Assembly (NCBI GenBank): GCA_046563655.1
Contig: CM102284.1
Span: 4,092,001-4,156,000, forward strand
Reading direction: 5' to 3'
Length of the DNA: 64,000 nt
From: Yuukianura sp. NJ FZ-2021
Taxonomy: Eukaryota
Every line of letters starts with the position of its first letter. Position 1 is the first letter of the stretch. Below the pieces are notes generated by a model. The model saw only the letters and a list, made by a program, of their open reading frames with translations, did no database searches and was not told where the DNA came from. The position numbers were made by a program, and so were the translations under genes. Shown in pieces: positions 62,501 through 64,000 of this stretch.

Positions 62501-62977
62501 ATGTCTGGCGTGATGGCCAGAATGATTCTTACGGGTGGTTTCGCCTTAATTGTTGCAGCGTTTGCCTATTTTTCAACGAGGGAGGAGCAGAACAGGAACC
62601 ACGAGCACGCCCATACTAACCACCGTTCGGGTCGTGGTGGTGGATCGAGACCCCGACCAGATCCGGATCCTCCGAAAAACGCTTGGCATGATGCAAGGGA
62701 TGCCCCACCAAGACGTCGGGCATCTCGTCGAGACTCGAACTCCTCGAAAAAACCAGCATCAAAGCGACATCAATTGGCATGCACAATCTGCCTTAACGAA
62801 TTCTCAGAGTTACTTGACGCCGGAGCCGACATTTGCAGCACTTCCTGTGGTCACGTTTTTTGCATGAAATGTATCACGGCATACATCGCTTCACAAGACC
62901 ATCCATCCATGGTCAAATGCCCAATTTGTCGCAGCTTTTTCAGTAAGGATTCATTGTCGCGTGTTTTCTTTTCATAG
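62501..62977 (+). CDS. Small C3HC4 RING-finger protein (putative E3 ligase) with N-terminal membrane anchor
   Basis: 'CTICLNEF...STSCGHVFCMKCI...KCPICR...LSRVFFS*'; hydrophobic 'MILTGGFALIVAAFAYFS'; splice acceptor just upstream of the ATG. Confidence 0.85.
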   Translation: MSGVMARMILTGGFALIVAAFAYFSTREEQNRNHEHAHTNHRSGRGGGSRPRPDPDPPKNAWHDARDAPPRRRASRRDSNSSKKPASKRHQLACTICLNEFSELLDAGADICSTSCGHVFCMKCITAYIASQDHPSMVKCPICRSFFSKDSLSRVFFS

Positions 62978-63395
62978 ATTATTCGGCCTACCAAACGCAC
63001 TTTATGTTCGGAGAGGAAATATACTTGCCAAGTATCATGACTCAAGTCTAATTATAATTAATATTTGAAAACCAACCATTAGATTACTAATTGGTACTGC
63101 CAAATCTAGGGGCAGCGTTTGTCGACTCCGATTTCTGGAGTTGATTGCGCATGAGATTATGCAATAAAAATAAGTATATTGTTAAAGTCACTGAGGTGTC
63201 ATTAATCGTATGAAGGCAATTAATTAAATTAGAAACTTACACTTACAAAATTTAATTTAGACCATTAATAATTTGCGAATAGTTTAATCATTTTCAGGTG
63301 TAATGTGTGGAGGTGGTGAAAATTACAGAATGGATTGGTAACAAAAGACAGTTTTTCTCCACATTTTTCGGACATACTTATCAGATCGGGTATTT

Positions 63396-64000
63396 TTACA
63401 TTAAATTTTGTCTGTGTGTAGGTCGGATGTATCTCACTCCGCCATTTTTGGCCCATTCTTTTTCAAATTCCAATTCAAGGATATGAGTTCCGGGTCTCCG
63501 GGTGAGTCCCGTTTCTTGTAATTTTAATCTACACATGTTGACATCGTCACGTCCTAAAAATAGGATCAAAAACGTTTATAATGTATTGTGCAAATTGTTT
63601 TTTTACGTTTTAAAACGAGTAACGGTGTACCTACCTGAAACGTAGAGAGCAGGAATCCGTCCAGCGTAGATTTCCATCTCTCGTTCGATATTCTCGCCGT
63701 CAAAGTGAACATACCACCATCCTTTGTTTTGTACATCTTTGGTAAACGGTACACGGAAGTATCGCTGCTGCTGCTGCTCAACATCGGGTGTTGGTAACAA
63801 CGGGGGAGCTGACGGAGCGAAGCTGTTGTTTTGCATGGGCTGGTAAACGGAGTTCGGAGCTCGTTCGGCCACCCCAGCTCGACCTTTGCTCTTGGACTTC
63901 CACGCGTCATAAACTTTCAAGCGACGATGGCATTCCTTACTGGACAAAGGAAAACAAGATTCAGCGACCTTGTACTTGCAACGTAGCAAGCTGATTGGAC
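63396..64000 (-). CDS. 3' end of an unidentified gene; exons >64000-63635 and 63553-63396
   Basis: Phase-1 splice gives 'KGWWYVHFDGENIEREMEIYAGRIPALYVS|GRDDVNMCRLKLQETGLTRRPGTHILELEFEKEWAKNGGVRYIRPTHRQNLM*', a globular-looking domain I cannot name. Confidence 0.65.

Overview
AT-rich eukaryotic (arthropod-like) genomic DNA with short GT-AG introns. It contains no bacterial operons, rRNA, tRNA or CRISPR arrays that I can support. Genes in order: 3' part of splicing factor SF1 (+); calaxin/EFCAB1-like EF-hand protein (-); a membrane protein with an FNDC4/5-like transmembrane segment but no visible FN3 domain (-); a small single-pass orphan (+); an intronless orphan with 13 x 36-bp repeats (-); prosaposin with a recent internal exon-pair duplication (-); a CYP4-family P450 (+); an RYamide/NPY-type neuropeptide GPCR (-); a secreted orphan (+); a small beta/gamma-crystallin-like protein (-); an atypical BTB-BACK-Kelch protein (-); a membrane-anchored RING protein (+); and the 3' end of an unidentified gene (-). 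The most striking structure is the GPCR, where one TM1-TM5 half is followed by two complete, divergent TM6-TM7-C-tail cassettes with different intron positions, implying alternative receptors from one locus. The window also holds many non-autonomous DNA elements recognisable by their termini: two Spy-like copies (AAA|TTT, no TSD), hAT, MULE, P-like, Tc1/mariner-like, a Helitron-like element with DR1-motif repeats, and a double-ended hairpin-CTAG element. Exon boundaries were read by eye and family calls come from remembered motifs, not database searches.
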